Positions 1 through 12,760 of a DNA stretch of 64,000 bases are shown in pieces. The position numbers and the translations under genes were made by a program. Position 1 is the stretch's first letter; each line of letters begins with the position of its first letter. Origin of the DNA: the human T2T-CHM13v2.0 reference genome, Homo sapiens. Where the stretch lies: assembly GCF_009914755.1 (NCBI RefSeq), contig NC_060929.1; one strand, given 5' to 3'. The notes below the pieces were generated by a model that worked only from the letters and a program-made list of their open reading frames with translations, was not told the DNA's origin and ran no database searches.

Positions 1-319
1 AGGAGCTGAGCAGAGGAGGTTGGCTTTATAGACAGAAAAGGGCTAAAGAAGAGAACAAAAAGCAGATTAATTGTTTTGAAGTTACTTTCCTTGTAAAAGT
101 TAAAGCAGAGGGGACTTCCTTCAGTGCTGACTAAAACTGGCCTGTTTGGGGATTTGCCTGTTATCTCTCCCCTCATTTATTGGAAGGTCAGACAAACAAC
201 TTATTTTTGGCTTGATGGCATAGAACTTCAGCAGAAGTAACTGCATTTTGATTTGGTCTCTTGAGCCTAGGGCAGGAGCTCAGTCCAAACCAGTGGCCTC
301 CTATCAATTTTATTTAACA
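1..319 (-). mobile_element. ERV1-class LTR (MER31-like), truncated by the window start
   Basis: The reverse complement starts TGTTAAATAAAATTGATAGGAGGCCACTGGTTTGGACTGAGCTCCTGCCCTAGG, matching my recollection of a MER31-type LTR 5' end with the TG terminus. Subfamily not verified. Confidence 0.6.
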
Positions 320-471
320 CATAGGACTTCACAAATTATAGGGCATGTAATAAAATTTACTTACTGATTAGATCCATTGGCTTTCTGACCTCTTCAAGCA
401 TGTGTGCTTCAGGAAAGCAGGGACGTTGTGTTTTGTTCCTCAGTAGGCACTAGTACATTGGTTTTGGGTGA

Positions 472-615
472 ATGTGACAGCCAGCCTCCAAAATGGCTCC
501 CAGTGATCCTGTCCACCAGTGTTCATTCCCTTGTGTAGCCCCCTCCACCTCTGAATAGAGCTAGCCTATGTGATCAATAGAATATTGCCAAAGTCATGGT
601 ATTTGACTTCTGAGA
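472..615 (+). mobile_element. MaLR LTR fragment (MLT1-like)
   Basis: TGTGACAGCCAGCCTCCAAAATGGCTCCCAGTGATCC...TTCATTCCCTTGTGTAG resembles an MLT1 5' end. Boundaries approximate. Confidence 0.55.
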
Positions 616-921
616 ACAGAACATGTACATTACTCTGGGAAGGTCATCCTTCATATTCATAGGGTTTGTCGTCTTTGTGAGAGCAATTGGAATAAGCCAT
701 CTTGACTCCTTTTTCACTGTAGCTTCAGGCCTAGCCTGGTATGAAGTAAGGAGATGCTCCCTCAGTCTTTTTTGGAAGTCTGTGGTGTTCAACTCACAGC
801 AATTCTAAGCATCCGTGGCTGTGCTCTGGCCTCTGGCTTTCTGGAGATAACACTTTGTATAAACTCCCTGCCAATAGAACTTAACTTTAACCATCAAATC
901 CAGAGCAATTTTATGTCCTCA

Positions 922-1266
<345 letters not shown>

Positions 1267-1359
1267 TGTTTTAGAACATAAAACTTCATAGTATTTAAGG
1301 TCTTAGTTAATACTTACCAACCATTTCCTTAGACTTGGCTTTAATTTTCTGTAATAGAA

Positions 1360-1386
1360 ACACACACACACACACACAAACACACA
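1360..1386. repeat. Interrupted (CA)n microsatellite
   Basis: ACACACACACACACACACAAACACACA read directly. Confidence 0.9.
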
Positions 1387-1732
1387 ATGTCTAGGGGTGA
1401 CTCTTCTTCTGTCTAGTCTTAGTGTCAAAAGTTAGACAAAATCCTGAAACCCTATTTGAAGAAATGCTTTCCAGCAGCACCTTTTCATGTGAAACAAGTT
1501 TGCTTGAAACAAGCCCTACTACAGGGCTAAAGTATATACCCCCCATAGCGACTAGCACAGTATTCTCTCATGTTGTTAACATCTTATATAAGGTATTTAC
1601 TTTGTGCTTCGGAATAATCATTAGGAGGGCTCTAGGAATAAATGGAACATAGCACTGAAAAGAAGGTGTGGAAACCTAGGCATCTAGCCATTGGAGCCAC
1701 TCCATTGACGGAGAGACGAAGAGAGCCATGAG

Positions 1733-2235
1733 ATGTTTTAATTTTCTATTGCTATATAGCAAATCATCTCCAAACCTAGTGACTTAAAATAGCAATTATT
1801 TTATTACTCTCAATTCTGTGAGTCAGAAATTTGAGAAGGGCTTATGTGTGCCCCTTGTGGTATCAGCTGGGTTGGTTTGACTGGGACTGGAGGGTCCAAG
1901 GTGGCCTCACTCCACACAGCTGGGACTTTGGTACTAGGTGTTGACCAGAATGCCTTGATCCTCTGCCACAAGACCCCCCTCTTTCCAGGTGCTGTCCCAT
2001 CATTCAGGAGTCCAGCCCCAAGTTCCAAGAGGGCAAACACAGAAGCAGCAAGGGCTGTTAAGGCTTAGGCCTGGAGCAAAGTATCATTTCTGTCACATTC
2101 TGTTGGCCAAAGCAAGTCACAAGTCCAGCCAGATTCAAGGCAGGGGGAGCTAGATGCCACCTCTGGGTGGGAGGAGCAGTGTGTGCACACAGGCGTGGGA
2201 GGATTGTTGACCGTTATCTCTGCAGGGGATCTATG
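1733..2235 (-). mobile_element. MaLR LTR (old MLT1 subfamily)
   Basis: TTTCTATTGCTATATAGCAAATCATCTCCAAACCTAGTGACTTAAAA start and CACATTCTGTTGGCCAAAGCAAGTCACAAGTCCAGCCAGATTCAAGG, both typical reverse-strand MLT1 motifs. Confidence 0.75.
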
Positions 2236-3129
2236 GTACCCAGCAAGTTTGCATTTAGTTCCCTTTAGGAATGACTCTGCTTTCTTATCAGTGGTTTGTG
2301 CTGAGCATGGGTAGCAACCCAGTGTTTTTATGGAGAGTGCTTTTCCGCCTCCTCTCTGCATTGCCATTTTTTATTCAACCAGGAGCCTCAGGCATCTGGT
2401 GGTAGTGACAATTTCAGCCCTTAAATGCCCTTTGTGAGCCTTGGTATGGAGAACCAACTCATAAATATCTAAAATTGGAAAAACATTTTTAAGATTGGCA
2501 TTAAAGAAAAAGGAAAGAGAAGTGGGTAATTCAGTTTCTTTAACCTGGTAAAACACCTCTTTTTCAATAGAAGGTAAGAGACCTCTGTGTTCTAACTAGC
2601 TAAGGCATACAATCTTTTCTCTCTTTGCCTACCTGTCTTTCTGTTGTTTTCCAAGGGTTAACATTAGACATTCAGCTGAGGGTTAATAGTGAACATGATC
2701 TCCTTTATTTTGTCACTCACACCCACACATCCTCAAGATAGTACCTGCAAGTCTAGAAACACCCTCTCCCCCCAACCCAGAGAATCCATCTATATCTTCC
2801 TCCTGGGAGCCATAGTGATGTGTTTCACACACAACTTGTGTTTGGTCAGATAGAGTGCACTAACGACATGCTTACCCTGTCACAATGGTCCAGAACTTCT
2901 GTCCTCCACCTCTCTCACGGACCTGGGAGGGAAGCAGTGTTTGGCACAATTCTGGGAAATAAATATCCTAGATTAGGAGGAGACAGAGAGGAAAACAGCT
3001 AGGAGATATGATATTATGTTTGGGGGCTCATGGAAATTTTTCTTTTTCCATGTTGGTAATACATACTGATTGTTTACTCAATTAAAATTAATGAATCCTT
3101 TAAATGAATACAGTCCAGAAATAATAATG

Positions 3130-3370
3130 ATGATAGTAATAGCTAACTTTTACTTACAGCTTATTGTTTACAAGATATTGTGCTAAGCAGCTTTATATCC
3201 ATCATTCAATTTTCACAGCAACCCTATAAAATTGATATTTTTAGCTCTGTTTTTACAAATTATAAGCCTGAAGTGCAGACACTTTAAGAAGCAGCTGATT
3301 AGGAGAGGAACAGGGGTTGAACTTAGTACTACTCTCAGAACCCAAGCTATTAAAATCTACTCTAGTTAAT
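3130..3370 (-). mobile_element. MIR SINE relic
   Basis: TAATAGCTAAC...TGTGCTAAGC...CACAGCAACCCTAT...TTTTACAAAT, reverse MIR core pattern. Confidence 0.6.
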
Positions 3371-3384
3371 CTCTTTTCAGTGCA

Positions 3385-3870
3385 GTAAGCATTTTATTGA
3401 ATATCTACCATTAGCCAAAGATAAGTAAAATAGGTCCTTCATTTTTCAAGGCACTCCCATTTTATCAAGATAGAACTAACTATAATACAGTGTGCTAAAT
3501 GACCTCCAGTAAGATGAATAAAGTGTTATGGCATCACTGAGGATAAATAATTTAATTCTACTGGCATTGGGCTCTGACAGATCAATGGAAGTTTTCTAGG
3601 CAGAGAAAGAGTAGAGATAGGAGGGACAGCCACTCAGAGGAGCAGCATTAATCAAGTTGTTTGTATTAAAATGGCATGGTTGTGAAAGACTGTGGGTTGT
3701 TAGCAAGTAGTGGGTGATGATGCCAGAGAGTTGGATTCAGTCCATTTGCTAAGGGTCCTGAAAACTATAGGAAAAGGTTTTGAACTGACTTCTGAAAACT
3801 GGGAGCTCTCAGAAGTTTCCAAGTGGAGGCTAAAATGATTATGTCAGCACTTTAGAAAGACATCCTTGGA
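3385..3870 (-). mobile_element. L2 LINE relic
   Basis: AAGCATTTTATTGAATATCTAC...TATAATACAGTGTGCTAAATG...CACTTTAGAAAGA, typical reverse L2 3' region. Confidence 0.5.
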
Positions 3871-6699
3871 AGCTGAACCAAATAGTACTTTGATTGCTGA
3901 CATCAAAATCACACATTAAACAAATAACACAATAGAGTTAACCATACTGTTCTAAACTTGCAGCTCAGATAGTGTCACCTTTGACCTACAGGCTTTGCTT
4001 GGAGGTTAGAGAGAGATTCTTAATTTGTTTCTTTTTGCCAGACTTCCTAAGGGGAAATACTAGCTCATAGCATCATTTCCTATTAGTGACTCCTTACCGT
4101 GGACTCTCCTTGAATTATATGAGAACTAAAGAGTAGATTTGATGGTGTAGCTCTTTTTAGCTACAGTCAAGTTTCTGAGTTGAAAGCTCAGATGGCAAAG
4201 ATTTTGGCTCTTCCCACGCTATGTTAAGGTAGCAGTCAGTTATGCAAAATTACCATTTCCGTATGAACAGAATCTTTTCTCCAAACTCACACCTTATCAC
4301 ACTGAGTCTTAAAACATAAAGTAGGCAAAAACTTAAGGTTATGGTTAAAGCAACCAATATTTTTATGCTTCCAGCTAAGATTTTCAAACAAAATATTGAA
4401 TGCTGTCATGGTCCAAGATCTCAAAGCCCAGAAATTATATTTATTACAAGGTTTTCCCTTTACTTAGTGTTTTAAACGCTTACTTGCTAATGACTATGAC
4501 AATTTTAGATGTTTAAGAAGGACAACCATATCAAGAAAACAAACTGCTTGCTTTTCATAGTTTTGGTTCAACATGAAATTTCAGGCTACTTAGTGTATGT
4601 GTGTGTGTGTCCCCTTGCTATTAAATTCCAACACATAATAGTAGGATTGCACTTGTTCTGTAACAATCCATGCTGTGTCTTGTGGCTGTGGCACTCGAAA
4701 CGGTTTCTGTACATGGAGCAGGATATGTGTGTGTTCATGTGTTATGTACCACAGGCTTTTGCCAGCATTGCCTCTTTTGATGCCTATTAATGTTTGACAA
4801 AATAAGTTATAATAATTCCTTCCCTAGTCCATCAGTTAGCTTTGGAAGAGGTGGGAGTGTTGATCATTGAGCTGTTAATTCTCAGAAATCCCCAAAGATC
4901 GGTGCCCCTTTTTAATGTGTTAACTTTCAACCTCAGATGTCAAGGAGAGGAGCTAGCAATCATGGATGACCCCCACTTAACACCTGGACTAAGCACTAAA
5001 TCCTAAGCAACCTCGCATTCCCAATAAAATGCTAGTGACTTACAATGTAGTTAGCTCAATTTGAGTTGATTTGGGCCACCAATCTGCCTTGATCTGCTTT
5101 TACCAAAATATTGGTGACATTGAAATCCATTGGACTAGTTCTGGACTTTGTGCACAAAATGTACATTAGTTAATATAGTTGGTTTGGCAACTGACAGGTG
5201 TTTAGAAGTCGCATTTTATTTCTTTGATATTTCAAACAGTTGTTGATATGCAAAATTAATAAAAAGGTATGACTGGATGCTTCACTATGTTGAAATAGTC
5301 ATTGGTACTCTTGCCTGCTCAGGAAGCTAATCTTGTCCTGTGGTCATGGCTTTTGTAATTTGTTCATCAATTTTTATTTTTAAATTTTTTGTTGACTTCC
5401 CTTCCAATGGTTCTTGCTTGTACTCTTTTTGTTCCTCTCCTTGTTAGGGTTCAGAAGCAAGCTAGATTTACTTGGGTGTTGAGCTAGAATGCTTCTGCCA
5501 CAGGGCTATTTTCTTTTTTTAGTGACAAGTGCTGTGTAAGATACTCTTCATTAATGTGATAAGGTAGGTTGTGCATTTGAACACATATATTCCCCCCAAT
5601 AAATCCCAGATAAACCAATAATTGTTTGAATTGTGAAGCTCCTTTAATATTACTCAAATAAAGGTGGAGATTGTTGTTGTATTTTAATCTATCCATCTTT
5701 GTCAGCAAAGAGAACAGGAAATAGAATCTTTCTGGAGATATGGAAAATCACAGCTCTCCATGGATTACCCAAGCTGTCTATATATACCCTCAGTTACTAA
5801 TGTAATTGGTTCCTTTTGAGAGATTTTTAATACAACTACCCAAACTACTTTCTAAATTGTTGATCCCTCTGCCAAAATGCTGATATCAACAGGACATAGG
5901 ACTTCCAACTGTCCTTAAAAAACCTCTGCAGTTACAGCCTCTGAATTTGGCTTCTTAACAGTTACAATACATAAGCCCTGCTAAGACTTGCCTGGCTTCC
6001 ACTGTGAAGGTGCTGGGTTTATGGCTTCTCTGAGAGCACCACGCAGTCCTCGGTCCCATTGTCTGTCATGAGAAGGAGTGAGCTGTGCTCAACTGTTGTA
6101 GGTCTACTTTCCTAATGCGTCAAACAAACCAATCCCACATTACTAGGGACCCTGGTACATTTGTGTCTCGAGAAAATGCTCAGTCTCATTTCTCGTATAA
6201 ACCTTTCTGTTTTGCTTTGTAATCCCCAGGCCTCTGCTGTTGATTTATTGTCTCAGAGCTACTTTGCAGTTGTAGACTAGGAGCTCTTCGTCATGACCTA
6301 ATTTCCCTCCCATAAAAATCACAGCACATAATAAAGAGTACACCACACACATTACAGGGAGACTCCTAATCCTTTTAAATTGCAGGCGCATGTGACAGAT
6401 GGGATTGAAGAAGGTCTAAAAATGTGTATGTGACATGGATAAGAACAGATTCCACAAGTGTCAATGCTCTGCAATGTCAAGATGGGCCAGAGGGGGAATC
6501 AGTGAAATTTAAATTTTGTAGACAGTGCAAGGGAATAAGAACAGGAAATTCTGTCATTGCTGTAAACAGTTAAGATCAATGTTTTGCAAAGAACAGTAAT
6601 TATATTTACACTTATAAATTAAATCCTCATGTCCTGACTGCAAATAATCCATTGTTGAATCTCCAGTTATTTCCCTTCTTGTGTGTCTCCTTTTTTATT

Positions 6700-7385
6700 G
6701 ACTACAGTAATATCTTTTGAACACTGAATGTCAAACTGTATTAGGCGTGTCAGTCCTCACCACAGTCCTGGGACTTTTTACAGATAAGGTCTCTGAAGGT
6801 CAGAGAGTTACATAATTTGCCCAAGGTCACAGCGCTAGTAAGTGACTAAAATCAGATCCGCCAGACTCCAAAACTTATGTCTTCCCATTTTGTCCTCTGT
6901 CTCTCAAATTAATAGTAGCTATAAAGACCACAAGTGCTTAAGACCCAGACAGTCAAGCCATCTAGGTCCCAGTCCAGCTGCACTCCTTATCTATGTGACC
7001 TTGGACAAATCAGTGAATCTCAAGGAGTCTCAGTTTTCTCATCTCAAGAGGGCAAGAATAATAGTACCTCCCTTACATGGTTATTGTGAGTAAAATAATC
7101 CATGTAGATAATCCATGTAAATAACTGAGCATGATAAGTGCTCAAATTCTGTTTTTATTGTCATTTATACCACCACCATCTCATGCCTACTCTTTGCCAC
7201 ATACTGCACTGAGCATTTTATGTGCATTGTCTTTTCAGTAGCTCTGCAAGGCAGGTATTAGATCCTTGCTTGCACAAGGGAAACAGACTCAGAAGGGTTA
7301 ATTATCTTGACTGAGATTACATAGCTAGTAGGTAGCAAAGTCAGGATTTGAACCCTACTCTGTCTAGCTCCAAAGCCTGTTTGCT
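6700..7385. mobile_element. Cluster of three MIR relics (- at ~6700-6890, + at ~6930-7160, - at ~7185-7385)
   Basis: TTTTACAGATAAGG...TTGCCCAAGGTCACAG; TGTGACCTTGGACAAATCA...CTCAGTTTTCTCATCT; CATAGCTAGTAGGTAGCAAAGTCAGGATTTGAACCC. Confidence 0.7.
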
Positions 7386-10309
7386 TTGTACCTGTATGAT
7401 GATCTTAAGTTCCTTTCCTGTATTTGATGTGATGATATGGCAGTGATGTCAGCGTCAGTGATGGTGAGGTCCGTGTAGCTGTAGGTGTTGCTGCCCACTG
7501 AATGAGAAGCAGAACCAAGATCAGCCCAGGTTTGTCTGACTGCAGAGGCCAAACCATCCCTGACCACTGTGACTTGCAGCTTAAGGCGAAACAGTAGCTT
7601 GGTATTTATGGATCTGCTAATTCCACTTACAGGAAGCTTGAAATTGGGGATACTTAGAAGAGTTACCCAGAGTTATATTTTTGTTTTACAATTTTATTCC
7701 CCAATAGCTTCCAGAAGGCTTACAGTCTTCCTTACTTTTATCTCTAAGACATTCCTGACTAAGTCGGAATTACTTTGTGAGTTTGGACAGTATTAACAGG
7801 GCACTTGGGGCAGAAAATAAATCTCCCCCTTTTGTGTTAATTTGGAAAGTCTCTGTGAAATGAGTAGATTGTTCCAGCCACATGGTAGAGCTCCATAAAT
7901 CCATGGCTCATAGGTTATATGAGCTCCTGCTTCCGTCATTCAGCAGGGTTGTTTGCACAGTGATTCTTCTCTACAGACTGAAGAAAACTTCATTTGATTC
8001 TCTTGAAATCATCCCTTCCAAAATGAAATAGGATTGGAATAACCAACAAAGTTGTGAATAATTCAGATTCTCATTAGAATCCCAACTCGAGCCTTTAGCA
8101 TAGAGGCAAACCCGTGGCCAGACAGTCAGCAGGCTTTAAACAATTTGCATGTGTTCAAGTGTCAGAGTTAAATAAACAACAGTCACTTGGGGAATGATTT
8201 TCCAGAGTCATTAATGAAAGTTTGTGTCGTCTGCCCTGACTTGATCTAATTTGCAAAAGCACCCTGTACCTTGGAAGAATGTGTAATAGTAATTATGATA
8301 ATCACATGTCTGGCACTGGACATTTTGCAGTGTGCTTCCTTGCACATTATCTCATTTGATCCTGAGAATAGCCCTATCAGCGGTCTTCAGGAGCCTGGTC
8401 CTGGCTCACAATGAGACCCAGGGAACTGACCCTTGGGACTATGGCTCTTGCCCATGGCAAAAATCTCCTTGTAGAGCTGATTCTCTTATGCTTGAATAAC
8501 TTAATTATTTTAGAGGAAACAGCTGATGAGCAGAGTGAACTTCTCCCTTGTTTGTTACCATGTCTCTTCCTGCTCTGCTGTATATAAATATTGTCTTGGA
8601 AGCAATTTTTCACGCATCTGTCTAAAGCCATGGTCCTTCCTCACCAGTTACTCTTTTTTGTTTCTCCAGCATTTACTACAGTTCTCAGGAAATAGTAAAA
8701 GCTCACATTTTTGTTGACAGTTGAAATTGAAGTCCATGTTATTTTTGCTCCCATTGTAATTGGGTAAGGGTCTCATTTTCAGTAACTCATTAGAAAAAAA
8801 AGAGACAAAATTTGGAGGCCAGAGGCAAAGCAGGATGAGAGGGAAAATAATGAGAACCAGGCCTATCGCTAACTCTGAATTCATTTTCAAATGCTCTTAG
8901 CTAGGGATTGCTGAAGGTGCTGTAACTGAGGCCAGAGGCAGAAAGGTACTAGAAGACACTGTTAGGTTGAAACACATCCTTGTATGTTTGGGACACCAGC
9001 TTTTGTAGTGAAGATTGCCTGGAGATTAGCCAAATGAATGGCTGCTGCAGCCCTGGGACTTCACTCCTGGTCACTCTCCTGCTTAGCTGTGTGGCATTGT
9101 AAGATAGTCATCCAACTTGCTATGCTGTTGGCCTCCAGCTTAGAGATGCATCATGGGATGCATCTGCCTAGCATAGTGCCTGGTAGGTGCAAAACTCATA
9201 CATAGTAGCCATTTTTAAATGTCAATGATAATGGTACACAGTGAGGTTGTCACCAGGGGATGGCCAAAATAAACAGTAGGGAGAAAGCTTCTTAGAGGTT
9301 GCAGTCCTTGAGCTTTTCTTTCTATTATAGAGGCTCAGTAAGAGACTAGAGATGTTTATAGCACTGGTAAACTTGTTTTTTGGGGTTCCAGCTGCTCGGG
9401 AAGTTAGGAGTTTTTTCTTGCTTTTACTTGGTTTCCTTCTCTTCTTATTCCCTTGCCCCAGTTGAACTCAGCTACGTGTAGTGATTCAGTTTATCTTGTT
9501 GAAAATTTTCAGTCCTCTAGGGAAGATATGATACTGCTGTTTTCAGACAGCTGTGTTTCGGAGTGAGACTGATTTAACCAGCTGGCTGGCATCATTGGAG
9601 CCCGAGGACCCGCCAACCCATGGAGAGCAGCTGTTTGGGCTGAAATTCTCATAATTCTTATGATTTTGTTTCCTACACATCGGCTTTTGAGTTCTGTTTT
9701 TAAATGCACACAGAAAAGGAGAGAGGACCATGAGAAAGACTGATGTGTCTAGGGCCACTCATGGGTGAAAGGTGGCCCTAGACACATCAGAGACTGTTAG
9801 GAAGGAGAAAACTCAGGAGGGAGGAGACCAACTTCAAAGAATAAGAGATGGTAATGAGTGGATCCATAAATTTTGATTTTTCAATATATAGTGGGGGTGT
9901 TATGCAGCCATTAAGAATCATGTCTGAAGATTTTTTTAATGAATGAGGAAATACTGTATAATGTTAGATGAAATTATATGATACAAACAGAATAAAGAAT
10001 ATAATTTCAATGATGAAAAGTGTGTGTTAACATTAACTGGAATAATTCATACAAAGCATTTAACTTAGTGCCTGGTGTGGCAAGGACTCAGTAAACCATA
10101 GCTACAGGAGGGCAGACTCTCTAACCACAGAACGTGTTTGCCTCCTTCACTGTTAGACCCATAGTGCCTACTATAAAAGAGATGCTTAAAAGGTGTGTGT
10201 TGATTGAATGAATGAGCATCAGTATTATTGTATCCATTTAAAAAGGAATCTGGGGTAAAAAAAAAAAAAAAAACTGTTATCTTCTGAAATTGTATCTACA
10301 ATTGTGGCT

Positions 10310-10505
10310 ACTGAACCTCCCTGAGCCTTAGTTCTTCATTATAAAATGCTGAGGACATTACCTGTTGCTCAGGATTGCTGAGAACTGAGTGAGCTACATG
10401 AAAAGTACACAGTGTGACGACTGGTACCTAAGGGAGTCTGCAATAAGTGGTGGCTACTATAATCATGGTAAGCACCATATAAGTATTAGCTATTATAATT
10501 ATTAA
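10310..10505 (+). mobile_element. MIR SINE relic
   Basis: TGAACCTCCCTGAGCCTTAGTTCTTCATTATAAAATG core, ending TTAGCTATTAT. Confidence 0.6.
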
Positions 10506-11361
10506 AGTCTGCCATACTTTTATCTGTAGAAATAAAGATGAGAGTTGTCATGATTTCTATCATTTTCTTCTCATTTTTTAGCATGAACTTTTAGAAGAAT
10601 AAAAGCCCCTCCTCCAAAAAAAAAGCTTATAAATAAATAAAACCTAAATGCTAACAGTGGTTATCTCTAGGTGGTAAAATCGGGATAATTTTTTGTTTTC
10701 TTCTTGAGACTTTTCTGCATTTTTCAAATTGTCCATAGTACGTGTGTGGGTGTGTGTGTGTTACTTTTATCAAGATAAACGAGGAAAAGCTCAGCATCAC
10801 AGATAACACGGAGCTGCTGAACTAGAAAAGGATGCTGCAGCTGAGGACAATTGATGAGGATTGGGAAATGGTGCCCTGCCCTGGGACCCTTTGTGAAATG
10901 TTATTTAAATACATGTTTCACAGTTTAAGAAAGTTGTGAAGTAATTGTTAAGAACTTAGAACCAATGGAGAAAAATAAAGGAATTTTTGATTCATTGGTT
11001 CTGGACAAAGGTAGTCAAAAAACTTCAAGTGCTGTTAACAGACAGTGGCTTCTATTGAGCACAGCTGCTTTCTTTTTCCCTGGAGAGAACAATAAAAAGA
11101 CGCTTAGTGGAAATTGTGGCAGAAGAGGTTAGAAATGGAAGTGGGTGGTTATCAAACTCTGGGATAAGCTTCCAAACAAGAATGTTTAATGCCATTTCCT
11201 AGAAAAGTTTAAAATGAAGTCTTGAACAACTGCCAGTGGTCTTCTCGGATCTTTTCTTGCTAATTCCAAGACACTGCCAAGCTTTCCGTTGTACTGCTTC
11301 AGGCCTGTTTTCTTCCCAGTCCACAGATGTGAGTAACCTTGTTGTGAAACTTCGTTTGCAG

Positions 11362-11500
11362 ATATTTAACACCGTGCCCGATATGCCTCTCACCAATGCC
11401 CAGCTGCACCTGTCTCGGAAGAAGAGCAGTGACTCCAAGCCCCCGTCCTGCAGCGAGAGGCCCCTGACGCTCTTCCACACCGTTCAGTCAACAGAGAAAC
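11362..11500 (+). CDS. ARHGAP26: ARHGAP26/GRAF1 internal coding exon, 139 nt, phase 0 in and phase 1 out (recalled as exon 19 of the main isoform)
   Basis: Acceptor TTCGTTTGCAG ends at 11361 and donor GTGAGT starts at 11501. Translation IFNTVPDMPLTNAQLHLSRKKSSDSKPPSCSERPLTLFHTVQSTEK matches GRAF1 just after the RhoGAP domain. CpG is locally retained, and the exon splices in frame to 24626. Confidence 0.97.
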
Positions 11501-11879
11501 GTGAGTCTTTGCTGCATAGGGCCAGCGTGGCATTCAGGGACATCCCATGCTACCTGCACGGCTCAGGGTGGACACTTCCAGCTTTTCTCTGTGTGCTACT
11601 GGCTTTTTGTGTCCTTGAAGACTGTATCATTGTGCCCTCCCAAGTGCCTTTGCTGAGTAACCCTGATAGGACAGGAAGCAATATTATTGAGAATGAAAGA
11701 GAAGGGCTGCCATTGAGGATTCTCTTTCCAGATCACCTGTGGACAAACAGCTGAGTCTCTTTTCCTCCTGCTCCTACACAATAAGAGCTGAGCTCAGGCA
11801 CTGCTTCTTAAGCTCCCCTTTTGTTAGCAATTCCCATAGATCCAGTGTCCTTTCCTTTTCTCGGTTGTAATGAAATACC

Positions 11880-12020
11880 CATTAGTGTGAGTCACATGCC
11901 CTACTAGAATGTGACTCTGTGAGGGTGGGACCTTGTACGGCTTGATCTTTTACTCCACCTTTCATGGTGCCTGGCATGGAGTCGACACCTAAAAATATTT
12001 GAAATTCATTAGTGAATTAA
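11880..12020 (+). mobile_element. L2 3' end relic
   Basis: CTACTAGAATGTGACTCTGTGAGGGTGGGACC...TGCCTGGCATGGAGT...AAATATTTG. Confidence 0.6.
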
Positions 12021-12174
12021 TTAGGGAACAATACCTTACTTGTTCCAAATACCAGTGTGTTATCACCACAATTATATCACATCCGTTTTTCATCTCAGGA
12101 TTTCTGAGTTCTTTGCAATGATCAGGTACTGACCCCTAAAATATACAGTATTGTTTCAGCCTTTGCTCTAAGAG

Positions 12175-12760
12175 AGCCTCCATTTGCTCATCTGTAAAAT
12201 AGGGATAATAGGACCCACTCATAGGAAGTTATGCGAATTAAATGAAATTATGCATTTCAGCATCTGGCATAAGGCCTGGGACATGGCAAGGGCCAATTAC
12301 TGAGAGCAGCTACTACCATTATTGGTTACCGTTTAATCACACACAGATAACCAAGGATGGTTCATTCATGCAGCTGACGTTTACACGACACCTACCAGGG
12401 ACTGGGAATATAAGCATGGGACCTTGGCTTTAAGGAGTTCAAAACTGAGTAAGGAAGGTAGACAAGTGACTACAAATGTGAGTCAGCATCACAGCTGCTT
12501 CATTAGAGATATACACATTGAGAGAGGTAGCAGAACACAGTGGTTAAACACACTCTGGCCCCAGGTCGTCTGGGTGTGATTCTGCCTCTGCTGCTCATCA
12601 GCAGTGAGTGGCTTGGGAAGTTACCTAATATCTCAGGGCCCCATTCTCCTTTTCTGCAAAATAGGGTTGATGCTTTCTATTTCATGGGGTTGTTCTGAGG
12701 ATTAAGGCCCTTCAAATGTTGCCAGGAGCAGAGTCAGTGCTCAGTAAATGCTGGGTGGTA
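12175..12760. mobile_element. MIR(+) / L2(-) / MIR(+) relic cluster
   Basis: CTCATCTGTAAAATAGGGATAATAG (~12190), TTCATTCATGCAGCTGACGTTTAC (~12360), CACAGTGGTTAAACAC...GCTCAGTAAATG (~12535-12750). Confidence 0.6.

Noticed and set aside
11236-11754. 172-aa ORF as a stand-alone gene
   Set aside because: Only 11362-11500 matches GRAF1 and it is bounded by splice sites. The rest is intronic read-through.
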